64,000 nt of DNA, taken from contig JBFWVL010000001.1 of NCBI GenBank assembly GCA_050246755.1, forward strand, positions 480,001-544,000, written 5' to 3'. Shown in pieces: positions 29,152 to 38,161 of this stretch. A program made the translations under genes and the position numbers. Under the pieces are notes generated by a model. The model did not search any database. It was not told the DNA's origin and was given only the letters and a program-made list of their open reading frames with translations. The stretch is from Bacteriovoracia bacterium. GTDB lineage: Bacteria; Bdellovibrionota; UBA1018; CAIPTA01. Every line of letters starts with the position of its first letter. Position 1 is the stretch's first letter.

Positions 29152-29154
29152 TTT

Positions 29155-29181
29155 ACGCAGCGCTTCTCCGCCGCGGAGTTC
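29155..29181. repeat. 27-bp hairpin-forming direct repeat, copy B
   Basis: acgcagcgcttctccgccgcggagttc; 24/27 identical to 27060-27086. Confidence 0.8.
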
Positions 29182-30070
29182 AGCTCACCCGGCGATAATT
29201 CTTATACTGCCCCGGCAACCAGCCCGTGAGGCGCTCGATCCAGCGCGAGATCACCTTGCGCACGTCTTCGGGGCGGAAAATCATGGGCTGGGCCATGAGA
29301 TCCACCTTCCAGCGCTTCTGCTCAATCCGCTCCTTCATGGTGGCGGGATGAGAATCGGTGAAGCGCTCGAGGCCGTAAATACGCTTGTAGATATAATTGT
29401 CGCCGGTGCCGGCCGATCCTTCGGCGTGGTAGAGCTTGTCCATCGCCACGGTTTTTTCCTTCATCACCTCGGGCGGGCGTACCCAGCCATAGTGGAAAAT
29501 TCTGGCGCCGCAATGGAGCACGCGCAGTTTTTCGAAGCGGCCGTTCACTTCGCGGCGAAACCCCTGGGCGTCCTTCCAGCTCACTACGCCGCGATCGAGG
29601 CGAACGGCCCGCACTTCGTGGCGATAGGCGGAAGGATTCCGGTTCACCACGAAGAAATCCCCGTAGAAGTGCACGTAATCGAACAGTAGGCCGTCGATAT
29701 CCTCACGGTTTTTCGCTTCATCGAGAGCCGCGCGGATTTTCGGATAATCTTCCTCGTGCAGAACTTCGTCGGCCTGAAGGTAGATGCCCCATTTTCCGCG
29801 GCAGTAGCTCATCGCGAGGGTGGTCTGCTCGGAAAGAATCAATCCTTCCTTGCGCATCTTTTCGTCCCAGACGGATTCCTTCACCACGATCTTGGGATTC
29901 TCGGCGGCCAAGAATTTTATTTGCGTCAGCGTATCGTCGGTGCCTAAACCCACTACCACCACGAGCTCGTCCACGAGGGGCAGCAGGGAGCGGATGCTTT
30001 CGATAAAGGGATAGTCGTACTGCACGCCGTTGCGGAGCATGGTGAAGCCGCTCACCAAAACTTCAGACAT
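29180..30070 (-). CDS. Glycosyltransferase family 2
   Basis: SGFTMLRNG..YDYPF, YLQADEVLHE, IFHYGWVR. Start at ATG 30070; the longer ORF-track start lies inside the GT9 gene. Confidence 0.9.
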   Translation of the reverse strand: MSEVLVSGFTMLRNGVQYDYPFIESIRSLLPLVDELVVVVGLGTDDTLTQIKFLAAENPKIVVKESVWDEKMRKEGLILSEQTTLAMSYCRGKWGIYLQADEVLHEEDYPKIRAALDEAKNREDIDGLLFDYVHFYGDFFVVNRNPSAYRHEVRAVRLDRGVVSWKDAQGFRREVNGRFEKLRVLHCGARIFHYGWVRPPEVMKEKTVAMDKLYHAEGSAGTGDNYIYKRIYGLERFTDSHPATMKERIEQKRWKVDLMAQPMIFRPEDVRKVISRWIERLTGWLPGQYKNYRRVS

Positions 30071-31112
30071 GGAAACCTCCCACCTTGGTTTCGATCGCAT
30101 GGTAGGCATCGAGCGGATCGAGATCCGCCATGCAGCGATGCTTTTCCTCCACGCATTCCGCGATCCCGCACCAGCGGCCATTGTCCTCGGCCCGGCAATG
30201 CAATTTCGGAATAAAAAATACGGGATGCTCCTCGGTGGAATAAGGGTGCCACTCCACCGGATCCTCGGGGCCAAAGAAAGTGAACGTGGGAGTGCCCACG
30301 GCCACCGCGATATGCTTAGGGCCGGAATCATTGCCCGCGTAGGCCCGCACGGCGGAGGAAGCCTTCGCGAGATCGCGCACGCTGAGCCCCACCGCGTGGA
30401 TGAAATCGCCCTTGCCTCCTCCTTCGGGAATCGCGCGCAATCCTTTTGCCCGCAGCTCATCGAGTACTTTTCCCGCGAAAAGGGCTTCCTCTTCCCCGGG
30501 GCCGGTGATGAAGGCGGGATACAGATCGAGGCGGTCGCGCAGGAGCTCGGCGAGGCGGGCAAAATGCGCCGCGGGCCAGCGCTTGGTGGCGCGGCTCGCG
30601 CCGAGGCCGAAGAGAATCACCTGCTTGCCCTCGAGGCCCCACTTTTTCCAGAACCGCGCGCCCTCGGCGGCTTCGGCCACCGAAAGATAAATCCTCGGCG
30701 TATGGGCCGGAACGGAAATCTGCTCACCGAAAACCGAACGCAGAAAGCACGCGTCCCACTCGAGGGCATTCGGGTGCTTGCCGTAGGCCTTCTCGGTTTC
30801 GTTGTTCTGGTAATGAAACAGTACCTGTCCGGCGCCCGAAGCCCAGGCGAGCCAGCGGGTTTGCGGGGAAGCGTGGAGCTGAAAGAAATAGTCGAATTTT
30901 TCCGCGCGCAGCCTGCCCATATTGGAAAAGAATCCGTCTTCGAAACGATAGATCTTGGCAATTCCGGGATGCCCTTCGAGCACGGGCGCAAAGGCTGCCG
31001 GCACCAGCACCGAAACTTCCGCGGCCGGGAAAGACTTTTTCAGCAGCTCCACCGTGCTCCCGAGAAGAACCGTGTCGCCGAGGGCGCGGCGCTTAGCGAG
31101 GAGAATCTTCAC
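30063..31112 (-). CDS. Glycosyltransferase family 9 (heptosyltransferase-like)
   Basis: ALGDTVL, GASRATKRWP, GNDSGPKHIAVAVG.PT..FFGP. Confidence 0.93.
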   Translation of the reverse strand: MKILLAKRRALGDTVLLGSTVELLKKSFPAAEVSVLVPAAFAPVLEGHPGIAKIYRFEDGFFSNMGRLRAEKFDYFFQLHASPQTRWLAWASGAGQVLFHYQNNETEKAYGKHPNALEWDACFLRSVFGEQISVPAHTPRIYLSVAEAAEGARFWKKWGLEGKQVILFGLGASRATKRWPAAHFARLAELLRDRLDLYPAFITGPGEEEALFAGKVLDELRAKGLRAIPEGGGKGDFIHAVGLSVRDLAKASSAVRAYAGNDSGPKHIAVAVGTPTFTFFGPEDPVEWHPYSTEEHPVFFIPKLHCRAEDNGRWCGIAECVEEKHRCMADLDPLDAYHAIETKVGGFHV

Positions 31113-31978
31113 TTATGCGCGCCTTCCGGCGGGCGCGCCTCGAGCTTGCGGTGGGAAGCGGCGGCGAGCTCCATCGTCTTGCGGGGATCGGGCAAAATCC
31201 CGAGCTTTCCTTCCGCATCGAGCTGCTGGATCTGCCAGAGCTTGATGTGGCGAACGGTGCGCGAAACGCCTTCCATGAGGCAAATCACGAAGCCGTGCGC
31301 CCCGTCGCGGTAGCCACCGTAGTAAAAATAATTTTTCCACCAAGTGGCGAAGAAGGCCACGCCGAGATGGAAGAGCGAAGTGCGCTGCCCGGACTGGTAG
31401 CGATCGAAGGCCTCGATCGTGGTATAGCGGTTCATCTTCTCGAAAAAACTCTCGGCCGTCACGTTGGGATTGTGCTCGAGCACCGCGGTTTCCGGCGCGT
31501 ACACGAAGCCGCCTTCCACCAGGGGATACTCGTGGATATCGCCGATATAGTTCGCCTTCGCTCGGCGGAAGAAGCGGTCCTGGAAAGAAGGGTTCCAGCA
31601 GGCGCCGTAGATCCTTTGCCCGAGAAAAAATTCGGTGCGTTTGATTTTGTAGCCGTGGATATTTTCCTTATCTTTTCCCTCGCGGAAAAAGCTCTCCAGC
31701 CACTTCACTAATTCCGGGCTCACGGCCTCGTCGGCATCGAGCACCAGCACCCAGTCGCAACGTGCCTCGCGGAGAGAAAAATTTCTTTGGTCGCTGAAAT
31801 TAGTCCAGGCACGCTGGATCACGCGGGCACCGGCGGCGCGGGCGATTTCGACGGTGCGATCGGTGGAGAATGCATCGATGATCACCACGTCTTCGGCAAA
31901 CTGCACGCTGGCCATCGCGCGGCCGATATGGGCTTCTTCATTGCGCGCAATCATCACTACGGAAATGGGTAATTTCAC
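31109..31978 (-). CDS. Glycosyltransferase family 2 (WaaE/KdtX-like)
   Basis: ISVVMIARNEE, DAFSTDRT, WVLVLDADE, IHE, GGYRDG.HG. The GTG start overlaps the upstream TGA. Confidence 0.9.
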   Translation of the reverse strand: MKLPISVVMIARNEEAHIGRAMASVQFAEDVVIIDAFSTDRTVEIARAAGARVIQRAWTNFSDQRNFSLREARCDWVLVLDADEAVSPELVKWLESFFREGKDKENIHGYKIKRTEFFLGQRIYGACWNPSFQDRFFRRAKANYIGDIHEYPLVEGGFVYAPETAVLEHNPNVTAESFFEKMNRYTTIEAFDRYQSGQRTSLFHLGVAFFATWWKNYFYYGGYRDGAHGFVICLMEGVSRTVRHIKLWQIQQLDAEGKLGILPDPRKTMELAAASHRKLEARPPEGAHK

Positions 31979-33084
31979 TTTTTCAGCCTCATCCAGGTTC
32001 CCCATACTAATACAGCGACCCACAAATGAACACACGCCGCATCGAGCCTCGTGGAAAGGGGATGCCCCACGATATCGGGCGAAGAGAGCGTGACGATGGC
32101 CAGGCAGGCGGCACCGAACTGGACGGCCTGCCTTTTCGGCAAGCGTGCGAATATTTCCAGCAGCGGAAAGTAGAGCAGGAGCGAATAATCTTTCCATACG
32201 ATATGAGAGAGAAAAAGCACCGAGAAGGCGGTGGCGCTCGTGGCCCAACCTTCTCCCTTGCGCAAAACTTTCCACCAGGAACAAACGGCGAGGGTGCCGC
32301 CGATCGCCAGCGCCAGGGCTCGCACGAAAACCGGATTCAACTGGAGCAGGGTCCACTTTTCGTCGCCTACGGCGTGAAGATAGAAATGATCGTCGGTGAG
32401 CGTGCGCAAAAGCAAGGCGGTGAAGCTTTGGTTATGGGAGTGCAGCGGCATTCCCTTCGCGCCGAGGGCCGCAAAAAATTGCCGGTAGAGATCCACCGCT
32501 AAAGTGGGACCGAACAATAATACCGGCAAGAGCAGGAGCAAGATCCCGGCGCCCATCCCCGCCCACAGCCCCCGTCTCTCCTTAGAAAGCAAAAATGCGG
32601 GAGCGAATACGGCCGGATATACCTTGATGCTGGTGGCGAACGCCCAGAAAACCCCGGCCACCTCCGCCCGCGTGCGCAGCCACATCCCGGCTCCCGCCAG
32701 TAAGGCCAGTACCGGTAAATTGATTTGCCCGTAAAAGAAACTGATCGTGAGGTAGCGCGTGAGCAGGGCCATGGCGAAAAAACTAGGCCAGGAAAGAGTA
32801 CAGAATCCGAAAAGCAGGAGCCCCAAAATCCCGTGCCAAAGCCATTGCGCTACAGTGTAGGGAAGCAGCCCGAAGGGCGAGAGCAAGATCGCGGTCGAGG
32901 GCGGATACAAATAACGATCTGGGCTCACACGGTACATGTTCGTGGGTTCCGTGAGAGCGAAATGCGCCGCAGTGTAAAACACCTTAAAATCCGGGCTCCC
33001 CAGGCTGCGGGCCTTAGGGACGGTGGCCACGCTGATCACGAGCGCAAAGACGAAGGCCAAAATGACGAGACGGTGGCGGAGCAT
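31975..33084 (-). CDS. GT87/DUF2029 membrane glycosyltransferase (GT-C)
   Basis: DFKVFY.AA, YLYPP, GQIN, IKVYP, NQS; many TM segments. Confidence 0.85.
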   Translation of the reverse strand: MLRHRLVILAFVFALVISVATVPKARSLGSPDFKVFYTAAHFALTEPTNMYRVSPDRYLYPPSTAILLSPFGLLPYTVAQWLWHGILGLLLFGFCTLSWPSFFAMALLTRYLTISFFYGQINLPVLALLAGAGMWLRTRAEVAGVFWAFATSIKVYPAVFAPAFLLSKERRGLWAGMGAGILLLLLPVLLFGPTLAVDLYRQFFAALGAKGMPLHSHNQSFTALLLRTLTDDHFYLHAVGDEKWTLLQLNPVFVRALALAIGGTLAVCSWWKVLRKGEGWATSATAFSVLFLSHIVWKDYSLLLYFPLLEIFARLPKRQAVQFGAACLAIVTLSSPDIVGHPLSTRLDAACVHLWVAVLVWGTWMRLKK

Positions 33085-33090
33085 CCCACC

Positions 33091-33141
33091 AAGCTATCGC
33101 AATCCCACCGGTTTGACAAAACCGCCCACCTTTCTTAAGCT
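33091..33141. promoter_or_regulatory. Divergent sigma70 promoters with overlapping -35 boxes
   Basis: Plus strand TTGACA(33113)-N17-TAAGCT-N7-ATG; minus strand TTGTCA-N17-TAGCTT-N6-ATG. Confidence 0.7.
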
Positions 33142-33148
33142 TAATAAG

Positions 33149-34030
33149 ATGAAAAAAATCAAAGCCTTAGCCTTAGGTGCCCTGCTTTTTTCCGCAGTCC
33201 TCGCCAACGCGCACGCCGCCTTGCCGGGATTAAAAGAGACCGTAGTGGTGGTGGATAAAAAAACCCATCAGCTCCATCTCACCAACTACAACGACGGCAA
33301 GCTCGACATCGTGCAAACCTTCCGCGCCACGATGGGACAAAAAGTGGGCGATAAGCTTTTCGAGGGCGACCTAAAAACCCCGGAAGGCATATACGATTTT
33401 CTGTTTCTCAAACGCCCTCCCCAGCTGGGAAAAAAATTCGGCCCCCTCGCCATCTACGTGAACTACCCCAACTCGATGGATAAATCCGGCGCCAAAACCG
33501 GCTTCGACATCATGGTGCACGGTACGGACGACCCGGCCCGCCTCGAAAAGCAATATGATTCCCTCGGCTGCGTGGTGCTCGATAACGAGAACGTGAAGAT
33601 CGTTTCCGAAAACGTGGAAATGAAACAGACCAAGATCGTGATCACGAAAGACTTCTCGAAGCTTCAAGGCACTCCCCGCATCGAGCGCGCCAAGGCGTTC
33701 TTCGATAAATGGCTCAAGGCTTGGAGCGGCAAGGACATCACCACCTACGTGGAATCCTACGCCGATGAATACCGCATGGACGGCATGAACCGCGTGGCCT
33801 TCATGAAATACAAGGACGCGCTCAATAAGAAATACGATACCATCAACGTGACGGCCGCCGACGTGCGCTTCTATTTTCACGAAAAGTACGATCTCGTGAC
33901 CTTTACCCAGCACTATTCTTCTACGTTTGCCGGCGGGGTGCCCGCCTTCAATGGCACCTCGAAAAAGAACCTTTATTTACAAGAGCGGAACGGCGAATAC
34001 CGTATCGTGATGGAAGAATCACCGAAGTAA
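33149..34030 (+). CDS. L,D-transpeptidase/carboxypeptidase (YkuD) with C-terminal NTF2-like domain (Csd6/Pgp2/Bd1075-like)
   Basis: Signal peptide; GDK..EGD.KTPEG.Y, YPN..D, HGT...SLGCV; C-terminal W.KAW...D...Y...YA, F.Q.Y, K.LY. Confidence 0.9.
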   Translation: MKKIKALALGALLFSAVLANAHAALPGLKETVVVVDKKTHQLHLTNYNDGKLDIVQTFRATMGQKVGDKLFEGDLKTPEGIYDFLFLKRPPQLGKKFGPLAIYVNYPNSMDKSGAKTGFDIMVHGTDDPARLEKQYDSLGCVVLDNENVKIVSENVEMKQTKIVITKDFSKLQGTPRIERAKAFFDKWLKAWSGKDITTYVESYADEYRMDGMNRVAFMKYKDALNKKYDTINVTAADVRFYFHEKYDLVTFTQHYSSTFAGGVPAFNGTSKKNLYLQERNGEYRIVMEESPK

Positions 34031-34090
34031 CTGCGGCTTTTCGCGATTTTGGCCGATAGAGTTAGGGCATCCGCAGGAGAATCTAACCCC

Positions 34091-34507
34091 ATGAAGTTAC
34101 TAATTTTTATTCTTTCCCTCGCCTCCGCCCAAGCCTTCGCGCAAAGCGCTCCCTCCCTCAAAACCTTAAAGGGCTGCGATGACCTAGCCTCCCTGAAATT
34201 GATCCAGGCGATCGATGCCAAGGAAGTGGAGATCTCGGAGATGGGCCCAAGGATCTCCCAGCAACTAAGCATCGCCGCCTCCCAAACGGGTGAGGCGAAA
34301 ACACGCATGTGCACCGCCCTGCGCGCCAAGGCCGAGCAATACGGCAAGGCAAACCAAGAAGTTTCTCAGGCCCTCGCCACCGCGATTAGCGCCGCCAATG
34401 CCTTGGGCGTGAGTTCCTGCGTGAAAGAAATGCAGCAAGATATGGCTGATAGCCGAACCACGGCCCAGAACGTACAAACAAATTTTAATCATACCTGCTC
34501 CAACTAA
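34091..34507 (+). CDS. Secreted helical Cys-containing hypothetical protein
   Basis: Signal peptide MKLLIFILSLASAQAFA; AGGAG SD. Confidence 0.8.
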   Translation: MKLLIFILSLASAQAFAQSAPSLKTLKGCDDLASLKLIQAIDAKEVEISEMGPRISQQLSIAASQTGEAKTRMCTALRAKAEQYGKANQEVSQALATAISAANALGVSSCVKEMQQDMADSRTTAQNVQTNFNHTCSN

Positions 34508-34521
34508 GCCGGGAGATGCCC

Positions 34522-35133
34522 ATGAAAGCCGTTCTCGCCCTCACGATTGCCCTTCTCTCCGCGCACTCTGCGCTAGCCTGCGGCCCGAACACGCGCTGTA
34601 TCGGGCTGGCGGATCCCAACCGGCCGCTGGAGGACATGAAAAATTGCGAGCCCCTCGCCAAGGTGGAGAAAATCAAGAAGGCGGCCCGCGACAGCACCCG
34701 GGCCAAAGATTCCGTTAGACGCTCCGGCGAAGATATAGAATTTTTCGAGGACAGCTGCAAAAGCTACCTCGCCACTCCCCAAGATACTTTCGCTATTCGC
34801 GACGTGGCACAGAAAGGCAGCCGGGCCGGCGATACTAAAATCAGGGCTCGGGAAGACGTGCAGAATGCCCTCAAAGAGCTGAGCGAAATCGAAGGCCCGC
34901 TCGAAAAGCTGGGCGGCGGAGCTTGCCTCGAAGACGTAAAGAAGATGAAGCCCGAGCTGCAGAAAGCCTTAGCCGCCCTCGACGCGAAGGCCGCCGCCGT
35001 AACGGGCTGCGCCGACGTGAAAGCCCCGGATGACCGCCCTCAATGGGATAGGGCAGACCCCCGCGCCTGCGGAATTGCCGGCTGCGAGCAACTACCTAAT
35101 GGGAAATGGACCCCCAAGCGGCTCGGCAACTAG
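34522..35133 (+). CDS. Secreted helical Cys-containing hypothetical protein (alternative start 34516)
   Basis: Signal peptide MKAVLALTIALLSAHSALA; GGAG SD. Confidence 0.8.
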   Translation: MKAVLALTIALLSAHSALACGPNTRCIGLADPNRPLEDMKNCEPLAKVEKIKKAARDSTRAKDSVRRSGEDIEFFEDSCKSYLATPQDTFAIRDVAQKGSRAGDTKIRAREDVQNALKELSEIEGPLEKLGGGACLEDVKKMKPELQKALAALDAKAAAVTGCADVKAPDDRPQWDRADPRACGIAGCEQLPNGKWTPKRLGN

Positions 35134-35175
35134 GCCCTATTGCCCTCCCCCTAAATAAATGGCAAACCTGAGGGG

Positions 35176-36399
35176 ATGGCGAAAGAATTCGATACCCTCA
35201 TCATCGGCGCGGGCCTCATCGGCTCCAGCACCGCTTACCACCTAGCCCTCCTCGGCGCCAAAAACATCGCCGTGATCGACGCTGACCTCGCCGGCCGCCT
35301 CTCCTCCTCCGAGCTTAATGCCGGCGGAGCCCGCGTGACCTGGGACCAAAGCATCAACGTACAGCTTTCCAAAGACTCCATCGATTTCCTACGCGAGAAC
35401 CGCGAGCTCACGGGCTACCGCGACTGCGGCTATTTTTGGATGTATAACGAGCAGCAGTGGCCGGGCGCTCAGCGGCGGGTGAAGTTCCTGAAAGAAAAGC
35501 ACGGCATCGAAGTGGAGCTGCTCGATGTGCCGGGAATCCAAAAACGCGCCCCTTTCGTAGACAAAACCGAAGACCTCGTGGGCGCTACCTTTTCTCCCCA
35601 CGACGGCCTCTTCAATCCCAACCTGCTCAAAACTTTCTACCGCGAAGAAGCCCGCAAGCGCGGCGTGGAGTTCCTCGAAGGCCACCGCGTGAAGGCCGTG
35701 GCGGTTTCTTCGGATCGCGTGGAGGTCACCTGCGAGCTGATTCCGCCCAAAAATGAAAACGAGCTCAAGGATTTCTACGAATCGGATCCCGCCATCCTGC
35801 AAAAGGCCCACGGTTCCACCGTGAAAGTTACCGGCCAGCGCCTCGCCAACTGCGCTGGCCCCTGGGCCTCACGGCTCGCGAGGCTCATCGGCTACGAAAG
35901 CCCAGCCTTCGCGATGCGTCGCCAGGTTTCGATCTTCGACGTGCGCGATTTCGATTTCTCCCATTTCGGGATGATGATCGATACGAGCGGCGTTTATTTT
36001 CACCCCGAAGCCACGAATATCTTAGGCGGCTACGCCGAGCCCACGGAAGCCAAGGGCTGGAACCTCAGCTACGACGGCGAAGATTTCTTCCAGGAAAAAA
36101 TCTGGGGCGCGCTCTATAACCGCTCCACCAAGTTCGAGCAGATGAAACACCTCACCGGCTGGGGCGGGCTCTACGAATACACTCCCGACAAAACCGCCAT
36201 CCTCGGGCAGGTTCCGGGAATGAAAAATATTTTTGAAAACCACGGCTATTCCGGCCGCGGCGCCATGCAGAGCTACGCTGGCGGGCGCGGCCTTGCCGAG
36301 CTCCTGCATAACGGGAAGTTTTCTTCTCTCAATCTTAGCGCGCTCACCGGTGACCGCTTCCGTACCGGCGCCCTCGTTTCGGAAGGATTGCTGATTTGA
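35176..36399 (+). CDS. FAD-dependent oxidoreductase (DAO/sarcosine oxidase beta-like)
   Basis: IIGAGLIG, NAGG, NCAGPW, WGGLYEYTPD, GYSGRG. Confidence 0.92.
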   Translation: MAKEFDTLIIGAGLIGSSTAYHLALLGAKNIAVIDADLAGRLSSSELNAGGARVTWDQSINVQLSKDSIDFLRENRELTGYRDCGYFWMYNEQQWPGAQRRVKFLKEKHGIEVELLDVPGIQKRAPFVDKTEDLVGATFSPHDGLFNPNLLKTFYREEARKRGVEFLEGHRVKAVAVSSDRVEVTCELIPPKNENELKDFYESDPAILQKAHGSTVKVTGQRLANCAGPWASRLARLIGYESPAFAMRRQVSIFDVRDFDFSHFGMMIDTSGVYFHPEATNILGGYAEPTEAKGWNLSYDGEDFFQEKIWGALYNRSTKFEQMKHLTGWGGLYEYTPDKTAILGQVPGMKNIFENHGYSGRGAMQSYAGGRGLAELLHNGKFSSLNLSALTGDRFRTGALVSEGLLI

Positions 36400-36839
36400 T
36401 TTTCCGCCAGCTGGATTTTTCCAACCCTACCGAAGTGAGAGCCGTGGCGAAGATTCACGTGATCAGCCCAGGTGAATGGGACCCCGCTCATAAGTTTTCC
36501 GAAGAAGGAATTGCCAATTACGCGAAATGGCTCGGCGAGAAAAAGACGCAGCTATGGTGCGAGCTCGCGGTAGCTGGAGACGAGATCAAAGCCATGCACC
36601 TGCTGGTGCTCAACGATTCAAAAGCCGTGGCAACGATCCTATCACTTTGGGTAAGCGAGGATTGCCGGCGCCAGGGCGTGGCCTCCCGGATGAAACTAGC
36701 CGGGGAAGAATGGGTAAAGTCGCTCGGGCTCAACAAGCTCACTTCCAGCGTTTACGTTGCCAATAAAAAAATGCAGACGCTGAACGAGAAGCTGGGCTTT
36801 AAGCCCGTGAAGATCGAGTACGAAAAATTGTTAAGCTAA
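36396..36839 (+). CDS. GNAT acetyltransferase
   Basis: LWVSEDCRRQGVA (motif A), N..M..LNEKLGF; TTG start overlapping the upstream stop. Confidence 0.88.
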   Translation: MIFRQLDFSNPTEVRAVAKIHVISPGEWDPAHKFSEEGIANYAKWLGEKKTQLWCELAVAGDEIKAMHLLVLNDSKAVATILSLWVSEDCRRQGVASRMKLAGEEWVKSLGLNKLTSSVYVANKKMQTLNEKLGFKPVKIEYEKLLS

Positions 36840-36847
36840 TTAACCGA

Positions 36848-36874
36848 AAAACCGCGCGATTGCGTCCGCGGTTT
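36848..36874. repeat. REP-like palindromic hairpin, copy 1 (between convergent genes; possible terminator)
   Basis: aaaaccgcg-cgattgcgtc-cgcggttt; 24/27 identical to 54342-54368. Confidence 0.7.
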
Positions 36875-38061
36875 CACTCCCCCTTATTCGGAGCGGGATA
36901 GTCCTTTAAAATATCCAGCGTGGCTCCGTAAGGCGATTCCCATAGCTGGTCGTGGAGCAGAACCAAACGCTGCGCCAACTTCTCATCGCGGACCACGATC
37001 TCTACGTTCCGTAATTTATCCAGATAGCCACCGGTCCAATTACTGGTGCCCACCCACGCAATCCGCTGATCGATCACCATGAATTTGGAATGGTTCACTC
37101 GGGCAAAAGGAATTTTTCCTTCCCGGGCCATGGGAATCGTAACGATCTCCACGGCCACGTTCGGAATCACCGCGAGCGATTTCAAATAATCGATCCCGGG
37201 CTTGCTCTGGTTCCAGTGGGAAACCATCAATTTGATTTTTACGCCGCGGGAAGCAGCGGCCCGCAGGGCATTATCGATCACGCCATAATAAGAATGATCA
37301 TACTGGAGGGGATAATAATCGAGGAGCTGCACGCGGATCTCGGACTTGGCTTCGCCGAGCAAACGCACGAGCTCGGATTCTGAATCTACCACGCCCCTGG
37401 GATCCAAAGCATTCGGGCTCGCCACTAAGTACGCTCGCTCTTTGCCATCGGAAACAAGCGGCTTGGAGCGGAGAGCGGGCACCTTCATCCCCTTCTCCAC
37501 CATTTCCCAGGCTCTCCAGTCGTGATGGAAAATTTCTTGGAGCTGGGCGGAAATTTTCGCGTCGGTGGTGCGTAGGCCCGTCTCATGGATATGGCGCAGC
37601 GAACGCCAATCGAAATTCTGGCTGCCCACGTAGGCGGTTTTTCCGTCCACCACGAAAAACTTGGCGTGAATAATTCCGCCGGTTCCCAATTTTCCAAAAT
37701 TTAAAATACGGAGCTCGAGATTTTTAATCTTTTCTAAACGCGTGATCGTTTCGGCCGAAGAAGCCCGGAGCATTTTTTCCTCGAGGAGAAAACGGATCTT
37801 CACGCCGCGGTTAGCGGCCGCTTCCATCGCCTCGATCACCACCTCGAGCGCTTCGCCCGGCTTGCTGACCGCGTACATCTGCTCAAAGTCGATCGTCTTT
37901 TTGGCGCTCGAGATCATATCGACCCAAACTTCGGCGGGGCCGCGGAGGTCGGGATTCTGGAGAGAGGTCTCTGCGGGCGTGGTGTATACGAGTTCGAAAC
38001 CAGGCAATTCGAAGGCGGCTTGCGCGGAGAGGCAGTACAAGAAGAGTAAGAAGGATTTCAT
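36874..38061 (-). CDS. Phospholipase D family protein
   Basis: Signal peptide; two HKD motifs, HAKFFVVD..GSQN and HSKFMVID..GTSN. Confidence 0.93.
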   Translation of the reverse strand: MKSFLLFLYCLSAQAAFELPGFELVYTTPAETSLQNPDLRGPAEVWVDMISSAKKTIDFEQMYAVSKPGEALEVVIEAMEAAANRGVKIRFLLEEKMLRASSAETITRLEKIKNLELRILNFGKLGTGGIIHAKFFVVDGKTAYVGSQNFDWRSLRHIHETGLRTTDAKISAQLQEIFHHDWRAWEMVEKGMKVPALRSKPLVSDGKERAYLVASPNALDPRGVVDSESELVRLLGEAKSEIRVQLLDYYPLQYDHSYYGVIDNALRAAASRGVKIKLMVSHWNQSKPGIDYLKSLAVIPNVAVEIVTIPMAREGKIPFARVNHSKFMVIDQRIAWVGTSNWTGGYLDKLRNVEIVVRDEKLAQRLVLLHDQLWESPYGATLDILKDYPAPNKGE

Positions 38062-38161
38062 AGGGGCATTCAAACATGGCTTTCCCGGTAAGGCCACCGA
38101 CTACGCCAGCCAAACGGTGCGTCAATTTCCTTGCAAGCCCGAATATGGTATCCAGAGAACC

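Noticed and set aside
29180-32356. Extended ORF-track starts for the GT2 genes (30562, 32356), and likewise for purD, purE, phhA, the FAA hydrolase and the 18824 ORF
   Set aside because: The extensions overlap neighbouring genes and lack homology. Internal starts fit stop/start overlaps or signal peptides.
36874-38061. PLD protein as an anti-phage nuclease
   Set aside because: It has a signal peptide and two HKD motifs with no helicase or methylase neighbours, which fits an exported PLD-family enzyme better.
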